Below, piece by piece: positions 10,365 through 19,385 of a DNA stretch of 32,000 bases. The notes under the pieces are model-generated. The model did no database searches and was not told the DNA's origin. It saw only the letters and a list, made by a program, of their open reading frames with translations. How positions within the stretch are numbered: the first letter of the stretch is position 1; each line of letters starts with the position of its first letter. The DNA is from Candidatus Saccharimonadota bacterium. Lineage in GTDB: Bacteria > Patescibacteriota > Gracilibacteria > Absconditabacterales > Absconditicoccaceae. A program made the translations under genes and the position numbers. Location: positions 360,001 to 392,000 of the forward strand of contig JAUIDC010000001.1 of NCBI GenBank assembly GCA_030429145.1, given 5' to 3'.

Positions 10365-13300
10365 TTACTGAGACCAAGTGAATGGGAAGTTACCAGTATT
10401 CTTGTATGATGCTGCGTCTGCTACAACTACATCACCATCATTAAGCTTATCAAGGTATCCAACTGAGCTAACAGTTGCACCCATTGGGTTAGCTGTTGTA
10501 CCATTCAATGTTGCGATTGGGTTAAGAACCTTAACAGAGAATGTTACAGTAGAACCGTTTGTGATTTCTACTACGCTATCAAGCTCAACTGAACCTGCAG
10601 CACCAGAGTAAACGAGGTCACCACCAAGACCATTCTTGTAGATATTGATGAGATTACCTGCGTTACCACCAGTTACGTTGATAAGGTCAACATTAGCACC
10701 AGTTACCTGAACTCTGTTACCCTTAGCAGTTACGTCAAATCTAGCGAACTCAGTAGTAGAAGGAGTGATATTAACCTTAGCTACAGATATTGCACCTCTA
10801 ACGATCTTAGTTGACTGAGAAACAGCAGTTGATGTTCCAGCTACTGTAGTCACAAGCTGACCGTTTGATTTAGAGATAGCTCTAATACCGTTCTTCACAC
10901 CTACAGCTGCATTAGTGATACCACCAGTTGCTACTGAGAATGTGAATCCAGTAGTCACATCAGAAGTACTAGTTACATTGCTGATATCAGCCTTAACTGA
11001 GTAAGTCTTAGTCTGTGACAATGGAAGTTCATTGTTAGACATGTTCTCGAATGCGATTACACCATTTCTGATTGTACCGAACCAAGAGTTTGTACCGTCT
11101 GTAAGCTGAACATTGTTGATCTTGTTAGCAAGTGTTGTACCAAGACCACCATTTGTTGCGAGATATAGATCAGTAATGTCTGTTGCATCTTTCTGTCCTT
11201 CGAGGTTGAACTGCGCAACTGTTACGTTTTGCTGACCACCGTAAAGGAGTTGAGACTGAAGTGATGAGTTAGCTGCAACTTCGAGAGTAGCAGAACCATC
11301 GATAGTAAGAGCACCACCAGCAACGTCAGATACTGAGATAGTATTAGATGTTACAGTGTCTACTGCGTCTACATCAGTAAGAGTAAGTCTGAGGGTACCA
11401 GTAGCACCAGCAGTGAAGTTACCTCTTACAGTCCAAGATACTGGGTTGTTCTTAGACACGTTGATGTTAAGACCGAAGAATGTTACCTTACCATTGTTGT
11501 AGTTAGCAGTCTTCACAGCGTTACCGTTTGCATCGTAGAGTGTTGCAGTAAGGTTGCTGTTAAATGCTGCTGCAGGAACGATACCAGTAGAAGTCGCACC
11601 AGAAAGTGTGAACTGGCTGATTCTAATTGGGTTATCCTGAGATGTTGAGAACGTAGCACCGAAGAGGAGCTGATTCTGAGCACCATTTACAATAGATTGG
11701 CTAGAGATACCATCGTTTCTTGTTACAGCGAGGTTAGAAGCTACGATAGAGATAGTAGCACCTTCAATAGAACCTACTGCAGCAGAAGTCTGGATAGTAT
11801 TCTGGTTGTTCTGATACTCTTTGATAGAGAAGTCAGAAAGTTGAAGAGGACCAAACTTGATGTTAGAAGTTCCAGCGTTAGACTTGATGTCTGCTGTCAA
11901 TTCTACCTCAGCAGTACCATTGATAGCTACAGCACCGTCAAATGAAGCATTTGAAAGACCTGTACCTGTGTCTGCTGACCAAGTAAATGTAGATCCACCA
12001 ATTCTCAACTTGTAAGAGTTAGCGATGTAGCTAGCTCCTGTAGAAGATGTGAATGGAAGAGTGAAGTCCTCAAGGTATACAGGAGTCTTAGAAGAGATAG
12101 TACCCTTCATAAGTACTGCATTGTTTACACCAGGAGAAACAGTGTTAGAGAGAGCAAATGATGAATCTCTCTTAAACATTACGTCTGCACCATTTACAGT
12201 GTAGAGTGGAAGGTAAGCTGTACCACTGATTGCAGCTCTGAACGAAGTAGTTTTTTCAACTACGTTAAGCTCAGAAGTGTTCTGCAGTCTGAACTGATAT
12301 GTATCACCGCTTGTGTTGTCAACGTATGTTACATTAGCTCTGATGTAGTAAGTAGCGTTCTGACCATCTTTGATCTCATCACCGGCACCAAGACCGAATG
12401 TGATCTCTTTACCATTCATTACAGTCACTGTAGAAACTTTTTGTCCGTTTCTGTAGAGAGCTACATCTGAAAGGTTGATAAGGTCACCGTTACCTTCGTT
12501 TCTCAAAGTAACAGACTTGAAGAGAAGATCTCTTTCATCTGTACCAGTAGAAACATCGCTAAGTCTGAACTGACCAAGCTCAAGATTGTCTGCATCACTA
12601 GCAGTTGCAGTAAGACCTGCACCAGCTCCTGTGAATGTTACAGTTGAAACAAGGTAGTTAGCTGTTCTAAGAGTAGGAGTTGAGATCATACCAACTACGT
12701 TAGCAGCAGAGCTGTTAATTTCAGTTGATGTGAACATGTGCTCTCCTCCAGGTGAACCAGCAGTCATGTCAACATACAGATCGATAGACTCAGTTGTACC
12801 TGCAGCGACTACTCGTGCTGGTGCAAAACTAAGAGTTACTGTTTGATCTGAGCTAACGCTAGCTCTAGAAGAGATTCTGATACCATCTTTCTCGAAGTAT
12901 ACTCTGTCGATGTCAGACGAGTTTCCAAGTCCGCTTCTCTTAAGAGTAACTGAGTTGATAGTAATGTTCTTAGAACCTGCTGTAAAGTCTACTGTAGCGA
13001 ACTTCACTGAACCTCTCTGAGGTACAGATGTAAGGTTTGCTGGAGACGCAGAGTTCATTGAGATATTGAGGTTACCTTCTTTTACTACAGGAGGATTAGT
13101 TGTTCCTGTACCGTTCCCTGGCTGGCAGAGAGAAGGATCAATATCACAAAGACCATTGTTGTCGATTGCCAATCTGTAGAGCATGAGCATCATGTCACCT
13201 CTAAGGATTGACTGACTAAGCATAGCGTACTTCATGATTCCCATAGAATTGAGAAGCTCGAAGTGAGCCTGCTCAGATGACATAGGATCGATTTCACCGA

Positions 13301-13715
13301 GCATTCTAGATACTACGATAGCAACCTGACCTCTAGTCACTTCTTGCTTAGGCATAAATTTACCTTCGTAACCCATCATAAGACCGAGCTCACAAGCAGC
13401 AGTAATACTAGCTGAAAGTGTGTAATCAGCATCAGCCATGTCTGTGAAAGAACAGTTTCCTGCAACTTCCTCAAGACCGAGAACTGACATACCAAATTCG
13501 CTAGCGAATTTAGCAAACTGTTCTCTTGTTAGGTTTGCGTAAGGCATAAAAGTGTCTGTACCGCTGTATTTAGTCAAACCAGCGTCATAACCCCAAGAGA
13601 TCGCGTCGATCATTTCAGGATCAGTAACTACAGGAGCTCCGTAAACGAGACCTCCAATAATCTGACTTGACACAACGGCAGCAGCAGCTGTTGTAGCAAT
13701 AAGCTTTTTCAACAT
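10365..13715 (-). CDS. SLH-domain cell-surface (S-layer-like) protein
   Basis: Track ORF trimmed to the ATG at 13715 (MLKKLIATTAAAAVVSSQIIGGLVYGAPV, a signal peptide). Three N-terminal SLH-like repeats follow (AISWGYDAGLTKYSGTDTFMPYANLTREQFAKF; FTDMADADYTLSASITAACELGLMMGYEGKFMPKQEVTRGQVAIVVSRML; a third, degenerate repeat). The remaining ~900 aa are T/S/N/G/A/V-rich and beta-repeat-like. 1116 codons with no TGA. Confidence 0.75.
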   Translation of the reverse strand: MLKKLIATTAAAAVVSSQIIGGLVYGAPVVTDPEMIDAISWGYDAGLTKYSGTDTFMPYANLTREQFAKFASEFGMSVLGLEEVAGNCSFTDMADADYTLSASITAACELGLMMGYEGKFMPKQEVTRGQVAIVVSRMLGEIDPMSSEQAHFELLNSMGIMKYAMLSQSILRGDMMLMLYRLAIDNNGLCDIDPSLCQPGNGTGTTNPPVVKEGNLNISMNSASPANLTSVPQRGSVKFATVDFTAGSKNITINSVTLKRSGLGNSSDIDRVYFEKDGIRISSRASVSSDQTVTLSFAPARVVAAGTTESIDLYVDMTAGSPGGEHMFTSTEINSSAANVVGMISTPTLRTANYLVSTVTFTGAGAGLTATASDADNLELGQFRLSDVSTGTDERDLLFKSVTLRNEGNGDLINLSDVALYRNGQKVSTVTVMNGKEITFGLGAGDEIKDGQNATYYIRANVTYVDNTSGDTYQFRLQNTSELNVVEKTTSFRAAISGTAYLPLYTVNGADVMFKRDSSFALSNTVSPGVNNAVLMKGTISSKTPVYLEDFTLPFTSSTGASYIANSYKLRIGGSTFTWSADTGTGLSNASFDGAVAINGTAEVELTADIKSNAGTSNIKFGPLQLSDFSIKEYQNNQNTIQTSAAVGSIEGATISIVASNLAVTRNDGISSQSIVNGAQNQLLFGATFSTSQDNPIRISQFTLSGATSTGIVPAAAFNSNLTATLYDANGNAVKTANYNNGKVTFFGLNINVSKNNPVSWTVRGNFTAGATGTLRLTLTDVDAVDTVTSNTISVSDVAGGALTIDGSATLEVAANSSLQSQLLYGGQQNVTVAQFNLEGQKDATDITDLYLATNGGLGTTLANKINNVQLTDGTNSWFGTIRNGVIAFENMSNNELPLSQTKTYSVKADISNVTSTSDVTTGFTFSVATGGITNAAVGVKNGIRAISKSNGQLVTTVAGTSTAVSQSTKIVRGAISVAKVNITPSTTEFARFDVTAKGNRVQVTGANVDLINVTGGNAGNLINIYKNGLGGDLVYSGAAGSVELDSVVEITNGSTVTFSVKVLNPIATLNGTTANPMGATVSSVGYLDKLNDGDVVVADAASYKNTGNFPFTWSQ

Positions 13716-14055
13716 GTGTCGTTGTAAAAAGGAAATAAATAGATGTGGATAAAACATCCGTATTAAAAACATCCCATTCCGTGTCTCCACACGGTTACAC
13801 TAGTAATACTAATCTCCCTTTGATATGCAAGCCAATTTTGACATAACATGACAGCCACATCAATAGCCTGAAACCCTAGGTCGACACTGATCGCTGTGTA
13901 ACACGTCAGTACCATGTAATACGATTGTGTTATCTCTTTGTGACAAAAAATCTTCACTTTTTTATATATAAAACGACCTGACAAAAACTGTCTACTCACC
14001 TACCCTATCACGCTGTCCATGTCTCAAAAAAATCTTAAAAATAAACTAAAAATAA

Positions 14056-14075
14056 AAAAGTTCTTTCGAACTTTT
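14056..14075 (-). terminator. rho-independent terminator downstream of tRNA-Arg/comEC
   Basis: 8-bp stem aaaagttc/gaactttt with a 4-nt loop. On the minus strand it is followed by ttttttattttt. Confidence 0.65.
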
Positions 14076-14135
14076 CTACTAAACTACATTAATATAATGT
14101 AATATTATCTTACGATTTTATGGACAGTTACTATT

Positions 14136-14206
14136 CAAGAGAACCAGGGATCGAACCTGGGCCTTCGGCTTCGGAGACCAACGTGCTACCATTACACCAT
14201 TCCCTT
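14136..14206 (-). tRNA. tRNA-Arg (anticodon CCG)
   Basis: Cloverleaf: acceptor aagggaa/ttctctt (A1-U72, one G-U pair), D arm gtgt-aatggta-gcac, anticodon stem ttggt/gccga with loop ctCCGaa, T arm ccagg-ttcgatc-cctgg, discriminator G. 71 nt, no encoded CCA. Confidence 0.8.
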
Positions 14207-15709
14207 ATCTTTACGAAATATTCTTAGAGCCACTATGATGACAATCATCACTCAGAGAAACACCATCCTTGCTCGCCACTCTTGAGTAGACAAAACAATA
14301 CCGTGTGCATTTGTTCGTTCACTGACATTATATATTCGAGAGACCAATCGTTGCTGAGGAATGACGATTCGTTTCCGAGAAGTTACACTATATACAACTG
14401 ATGCTAAAAATCCATAGATCATCACGAAGGGGACGACTGGCACAATCACAAGATTCGACATCGTCGACAGCAAATTGACACGTGATGTGAAAAACAAGAG
14501 AGGCACTATAATTCCAAGTGATGCTGCGATAGTTGGAAGAATATACACATTCCAAAATCCCCCTAAAAAAGAACGGACTGTTCTCTTTTTCTTTTGCTGT
14601 ACTCCTCGCTTTTTTGCGAAGTAGACAAGTCCAGCTAAAGCCGAAAAGCTAAAAAGAAATCATAGATCATATAAAAGGTAGTAAGGATTCCACAGAAGCA
14701 TCAATATGTACACGATAGACATACTACGCCAGACAGAGAGAATGCGTCAGGCAAAAAGCGCCGCCATACTAAGCAATGCCATAGACGCTGCACGAACAAC
14801 AGAACTATCCGCACCACATAGCAAAGCATAACCAAGGACAGCAATAGAAAGAATGAACAGCCTAATATAGTACGGCAGAAAAAATAAGAGAAAAGAGACA
14901 ATGAGGACAATATTTCCTCCGCTCACCGCTATGATGTGCACAAGCCCTGAGTCGACAAATCATTGATATTGTTCCTTGTCCAATCAGGAGCGATCTCCAA
15001 TCAGCATTCCTTTTGTCAGTCCTGCTACATCGGGAGAGAGCGCACTATCCACCAATGCCAAAACCCTATTGCGAAGCGATAAAACGAAGAGATCTCGACG
15101 ATCTCCCGACAGATAGACAGACATGTCGATGTTGTCATTGATCATGTCTACCCTACTGGAATATACTACTGAATGACTATCATAAAGCGTTCACGCCCAG
15201 CCTTTCATCAGGAGCCATTTGTCATAGTCAAAGCTTCGTTCATCCTCCCTTAAAGAGTTCAGCTTTTCTTTCCAAGCAAATCGATCCTGCTTCGAGTATT
15301 CGTGCAAATTAGTGGCTAGCGGTTGATAAAAGGCCGTCACATAGACGCTGTCCCCTGGCTCATAGTTCTTTGGGCTATAAAAAAGATATTCTCCTCCCTG
15401 AGAGAGCTCAAGAATATACCTTCCCCTACCGTGAGCCTCAACAACGAGACCCGAACCAATAAAACGAGATGAAAGAGGGCTCTGAGAGCTTGTATAACGA
15501 GCATGCTTATAGTTCACAGCACCTATAGATAAGAGAAACGCTAGTATTATAGCGAGAACGGCCTTTCTATATCGAGAAAAACACTTTCTCCTCCTCTTCC
15601 CCAAAATGAGAAGACACAGCAATGCTCCTAGACAACCATACACTGCCGGCCAGAGGGAACCAAAAAAAGTAATCAACGCCACACAGAGCGAAAAAGTCGC
15701 AATAAACAT
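14192..15709 (-). CDS. comEC: competence/DNA internalisation channel protein ComEC/Rec2 (no metallo-beta-lactamase domain)
   Basis: Track fragments 15191..15709, 14747..14941 and 14252..14548 share one frame and are joined only by TGA (6 in total). Motifs: GMLIGDRS-G-LDKEQYQ-G-FVDSGLVHIIAVSGGNIV...GADSSVVRAASMALL...YDL-G(TGA 14660..14662)-FLFSFSA. 505 aa. No HxHxDH motif is present. The first non-TGA stop is the TAA at 14192..14194, inside tRNA-Arg. Confidence 0.88.
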
Positions 15710-15803
15710 CTTTTGTTTTTATTTTACATATAAACCCTTCTAGGCTTGCACAACCATTTAACTCTTTTTAGGAATTCTTTACGCCCTCTTCTTGTTGTCT
15801 TTT

Positions 15804-16790
15804 TTATTCCTCTCTTTGGGGCAAGGATAATTTCGTTCGTCCGTACTCCTCCAAAAAAGTGGTAATTTTTTCCTGATAAACTATCGGACGAACATCGACA
15901 CCTAATAAATAGGAAATAAATAGGAAGTGTAGACGCGATCAGACAGAAGTTGACGATATCGACATCATTGTCAATGTCGTGTCAATATCGTTTTCTCGTC
16001 GTATATAAGCCATTATCTTGGGCGTGATAACCTTTAGTTGTCAGACAATGTCGACATCCTCTTGTCCACATGGAAAGAAGAGATATTGACAATGTCACCA
16101 CACATCGACAGACAGTCTAACTGCGTCTATATTTGTCTCGAGCTGTCAATATGGTGTCAAGTTTATCAAAACCTGTTTCTCGTTTTCTACAGGCTTTTTC
16201 TCTTGTTTTTGACGAATTTTCCATTTGTTGACAACGTCTGTCGAAAAGTCGTCAACCTTGACGAGTTTGACACTACTATTTCATAGGTAAGAAGCTACAA
16301 CTTCTCTCGATCTACTCTCTCTCACAAGCACTTGTTGACAGTTTTTGACTGTCAACTTGTACAAAATATCAAGCCATTTTGTCGTCGGTGTTCAAAATCA
16401 CCCCAAAAGCACAACATTTTTTCTAAGAAATGCTGGCCAAAAGAGGAGCAGGTAGTTTCGTCATCCATGGAATCGACCACGTGCTGCAGTGAAAACCTCT
16501 CCTCATCAGAGAAACTTTAACGCCTTAGGATTGCACAATCATTTGGTCAATATCTTCCAGTAGTTGTTCTTTTGGATCGTTTCTAGCTTGCAAATGTCGA
16601 CGTCTAGATAATGGCTATTTTGAGCCAACCAGTGGTCAAATCGACTCTTATCTCCTACCTCTATATAGAGCTTTTGGAGAGAAGGGTAGTTCGCAAAAAT
16701 CCAGTTGATGACGCCAAAGGCCAATATCTCGTCTCCAAAGTTTTTATATCCATAATAACACTTCAAAAAACCCTCTGTAGGCTTTTTCAT
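15804..16790 (-). CDS. csaB: polysaccharide pyruvyl transferase (CsaB-like)
   Basis: Track ORF 16539..16790 (MKKPTEGFLKCYYGYKNFGDEILAFG...) continues through 11 TGAs to the TAA at 15804..15806 (328 aa). Motifs: ...ALKFL-G-G-GEVFTAARGRFHG-G-RNYLLLFWPAFLRKNVVLLG-G-F-G-TPTTKW...VLVRESRSREV...VLINLTPY-G-Q... TGA TGA GGA at 16500..16508 encodes the family GGG motif. Every line was checked by hand for TAA/TAG. Confidence 0.85.
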
Positions 16791-16879
16791 CCCGTTGCTA
16801 TATATAATAAATCTCTCGTTTTGACTTTAGCTACTTGCCTCGCAAATACAATACCAGCTCACGTGAGTAGAGATAATCT

Positions 16880-19243
16880 TTACTCTTCTAAGTACCAGAT
16901 CTCTAGTCGTTTATGTCGCTGCTGTGCAGCGGTAGAGGATATAGCTCACAGGCCCTGCGCAACAAGATGGTCTACGACGACACCAGGGTCTGCAGTGAAC
17001 GCATATTGTTTTTTGAGATCTCACAATGTGAATGTTTGGCCATGTAGTACGATAGGGAGAGAGCTCTCATTTGACTCTAGAGCCTCAATGTTTTTCTCCA
17101 ACAGATTAGTAATATGTGCTATATCGGTATTCTGCCACACAAGGTATCGGTTACTTTTCAATTGTGACTGGAGGAGTTGCCCATAGTTTTTTCGTATTTT
17201 TATTTCCAAAGCACTTTCTGCTAGTTTGTTTTTAGAGGAAGATCTAAGAGCTTTTAGCTGTTCATAGTATTTTCTTCGTTTCATTTCGAGCGATTCTTTT
17301 GTCTTGGAGTACCTTGCCTGCAGTCAGGTGTATTGACGTTGCTTATTTTCATATTTCTCTTGGAGAGAAGCCAATTTCTTGTCATATTTTGCCTTCATAT
17401 CAGCATCGAGAACCGACTTGAAAGATAAACAATTGAATAATGCATCACCAAACAGGGCACACGCCTGCGTTCCTGAAAGAGTCAGCGAGAGATCCCTCAT
17501 TCGTCATAACGCCTCTCAGCTCGAAACATATTCAGAAATATCTCCAGTTAATCCTATCCGTACCCCTGCTTTTGGTTGCCCATAGCAGAAGGTATCTATG
17601 AGTTTATTTTCTTGTTGTAGCGAGACACAGGCTGGTTTATTGACCAGATTGAAAGTCCCTTTTAGCGTTACCTCATCTCCTGGAAAGAGGATAGAGCCCT
17701 GCAGTGCCGTTTTCTTGTTGTTACTAACTAATTTGAGCATCGAGAGGTCTGCCTGCTCTCATGAAAGGAGGGCGATGGTGATTTGTTCATTCCCTTCGTC
17801 TTTGCCTTCTGCATCTGGGAGAACTCTTTTTATTTGCAATACTGAGCGTAGAAGATCTGGCAAATCAGCAAAGTTTTCGCTACCTGAAACCAATTCAACT
17901 TGAGAAGAGGTAGATTTATTGTACGCCTGGCCCGCTTGGTTTACTCATATACCAAAGGCAGCTAATTGATCTTTTAATTCATAGTAGCGATCTTTCCACT
18001 TACGATAGAGGTCCTCATAGTATGAGCTCTTTCCCTCTGGCTTCTCTACCGCAGCGCCTGGCAAGGAGATTCGCTGAAAGATAGTATCTGAGAAGCCTGG
18101 AGAAGGATAATCAGCACGCAAGGATCATGTCCCATCTCTATATCGAGAACGAGAAGTTTCATTTCCGGTATAGATAATTTCATCAAGCATATTTCCAGTA
18201 AGATCATACAAGGCCAGATACTCTCATCCATCAGTGAGAGATAGAAATTCAATTGGTATGTAATGAGCAATAGATGCGTGTCCAGAGAATGGGTCTCCTA
18301 CAACCCGAAGCTGTCAGGTGAGGGCAAAGACAAACAAACTTTTGCTAGCAGGTCCATTTCCAGCACCGACAATAGTGAGCTGTCAACTGTATACACTCTC
18401 AAAAAGAAGCTCTATGTACTCTGGTAGCGCATCGTTTCCTGGGTGAATTTCTGTGATAGAGATCTTAGGTAGTAGTTCTGTCTCCACAAGCTCACCACTA
18501 GTAGAGAGCGGACTGGGCAAAGAGTAGTCTGTTTCTCACGAAAGAGAGGACTCTCAGGAAAGCAAGTTGCCTGAACTAACAGATGGAAGAGCAAAGACGA
18601 ACCCTGGATTAGCAACCCATGAGCCACTAACATTGGCTATCCTCGCTCCTGTAGTAGCCACCCGAACAAGCTCACTTCACGACCATACTCTCTCAAATCA
18701 GTAATTATTGGGGAGAGAGGCAACCATCTCTGCAGAGAAGCTGATAGAATCAAGCAAAACCCCCGAACTGAAAAGCTCCACCTGTATTGCACTGGAGTCA
18801 GACATACTGAATCCAAGCCCTGTGGCACCAATGATTGTTCTATCCACGACCTGTTGCATTTGGTCTCCCCGTACTGATACAGCTCAAGAGGGCAAAGAGA
18901 GCTCTCATAGTGACAAATCTGCCGACTTCACTCCTTTCAGCAGAACTGGGCCTGTAAATACTCACGACCCCACATTTGCTATCTCAATCCGCTCGTCCGT
19001 GCCGTCAAAAAAGAGTTCGGAGATGACAAGACGAGGCTGAGACAGAATGAGCTCGTCCGTGATGTTTTCGTCACTCATTGACACTCATGCTTGTCCAGTT
19101 TCTGTCAAAGATTGTCAGGAGGCTGCCACCTCGCCAGAGGTCGAAAGAGTCGACAAGTCGTCAAGCTCTGTCAACGCAAAAAAGGGTAGTAAAAGAAGCG
19201 TTATAGGCACTACTAGTAGCCATAATAGAGATTTTTTCGTCAT
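16880..19243 (-). CDS. secreted protein with three lamin-tail-domain (LTD)-like modules and a C-terminal coiled coil
   Basis: ATG at 19243 and TAA at 16880..16882, 787 aa, 20 in-frame TGAs and no TAA/TAG (each 60-nt line checked). The frame agrees with track fragments 17516..17740 and 17021..17284. Signal/TM segment: MTKKSLLWLLVVPITLLLLPFFA. LTD-like modules begin RLVISELFFDGTDERIEIANVGSG (aa ~71-185), PKISITEIHPGNDALPEYIELLFES (aa ~259-375) and VLQIKRVLPDAEGKDEGNEQITIALLSG (aa ~468-565). A K/E/Q-rich coiled coil spans aa ~615-725. Confidence 0.8.
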
Positions 19244-19385
19244 GGTTTTTTGTTTTTATTTTTATGAAAATGTGACATATTTGTCGTGGACAGAGATAGT
19301 GAACTGAACACTCGAGGCAAGACATTGTGTCAAAGTCCGTCAAAAATTCTCATCAGAGAAGATTATTTCTTTTCGAGGCTAAAAT

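Noticed and set aside
13763-13999. A 78-aa minus-strand ORF upstream of and overlapping the annotated start region of the surface-protein gene.
   Set aside because: It has an atypical Cys/Trp-rich composition, no motif and no ribosome-binding context. It lies in the probable promoter/leader of the downstream gene.
15710-16540. Under the standard code this looks like an ~800-bp non-coding region packed with TTGACA/TGTCAA/TCGACA motifs, plus a DnaA-box-like TTGTCCACA (16062..16070). That suggested an origin of replication or an iteron array.
   Set aside because: Under table 25, positions 15804..16790 form one uninterrupted 328-aa CsaB-like pyruvyl transferase frame with family motifs, so the region is coding. 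A single near-consensus DnaA box is not evidence for oriC. The motif enrichment itself is retained as a separate finding.
16611-19343. Track ORFs 16611..17186(+), 17379..17585(+), 17598..17903(+), 18708..19040(+), 19047..19307(+), 18046..18270(-), 18412..18633(-), 18637..18831(-) and 19161..19343(-).
   Set aside because: All are out of frame with, or antisense to, the verified 787-aa table-25 frame (16880..19243). None has a recognisable motif. The three minus-strand ones are in the wrong frame (coordinate mod 3 = 0, versus 1 for the real gene).
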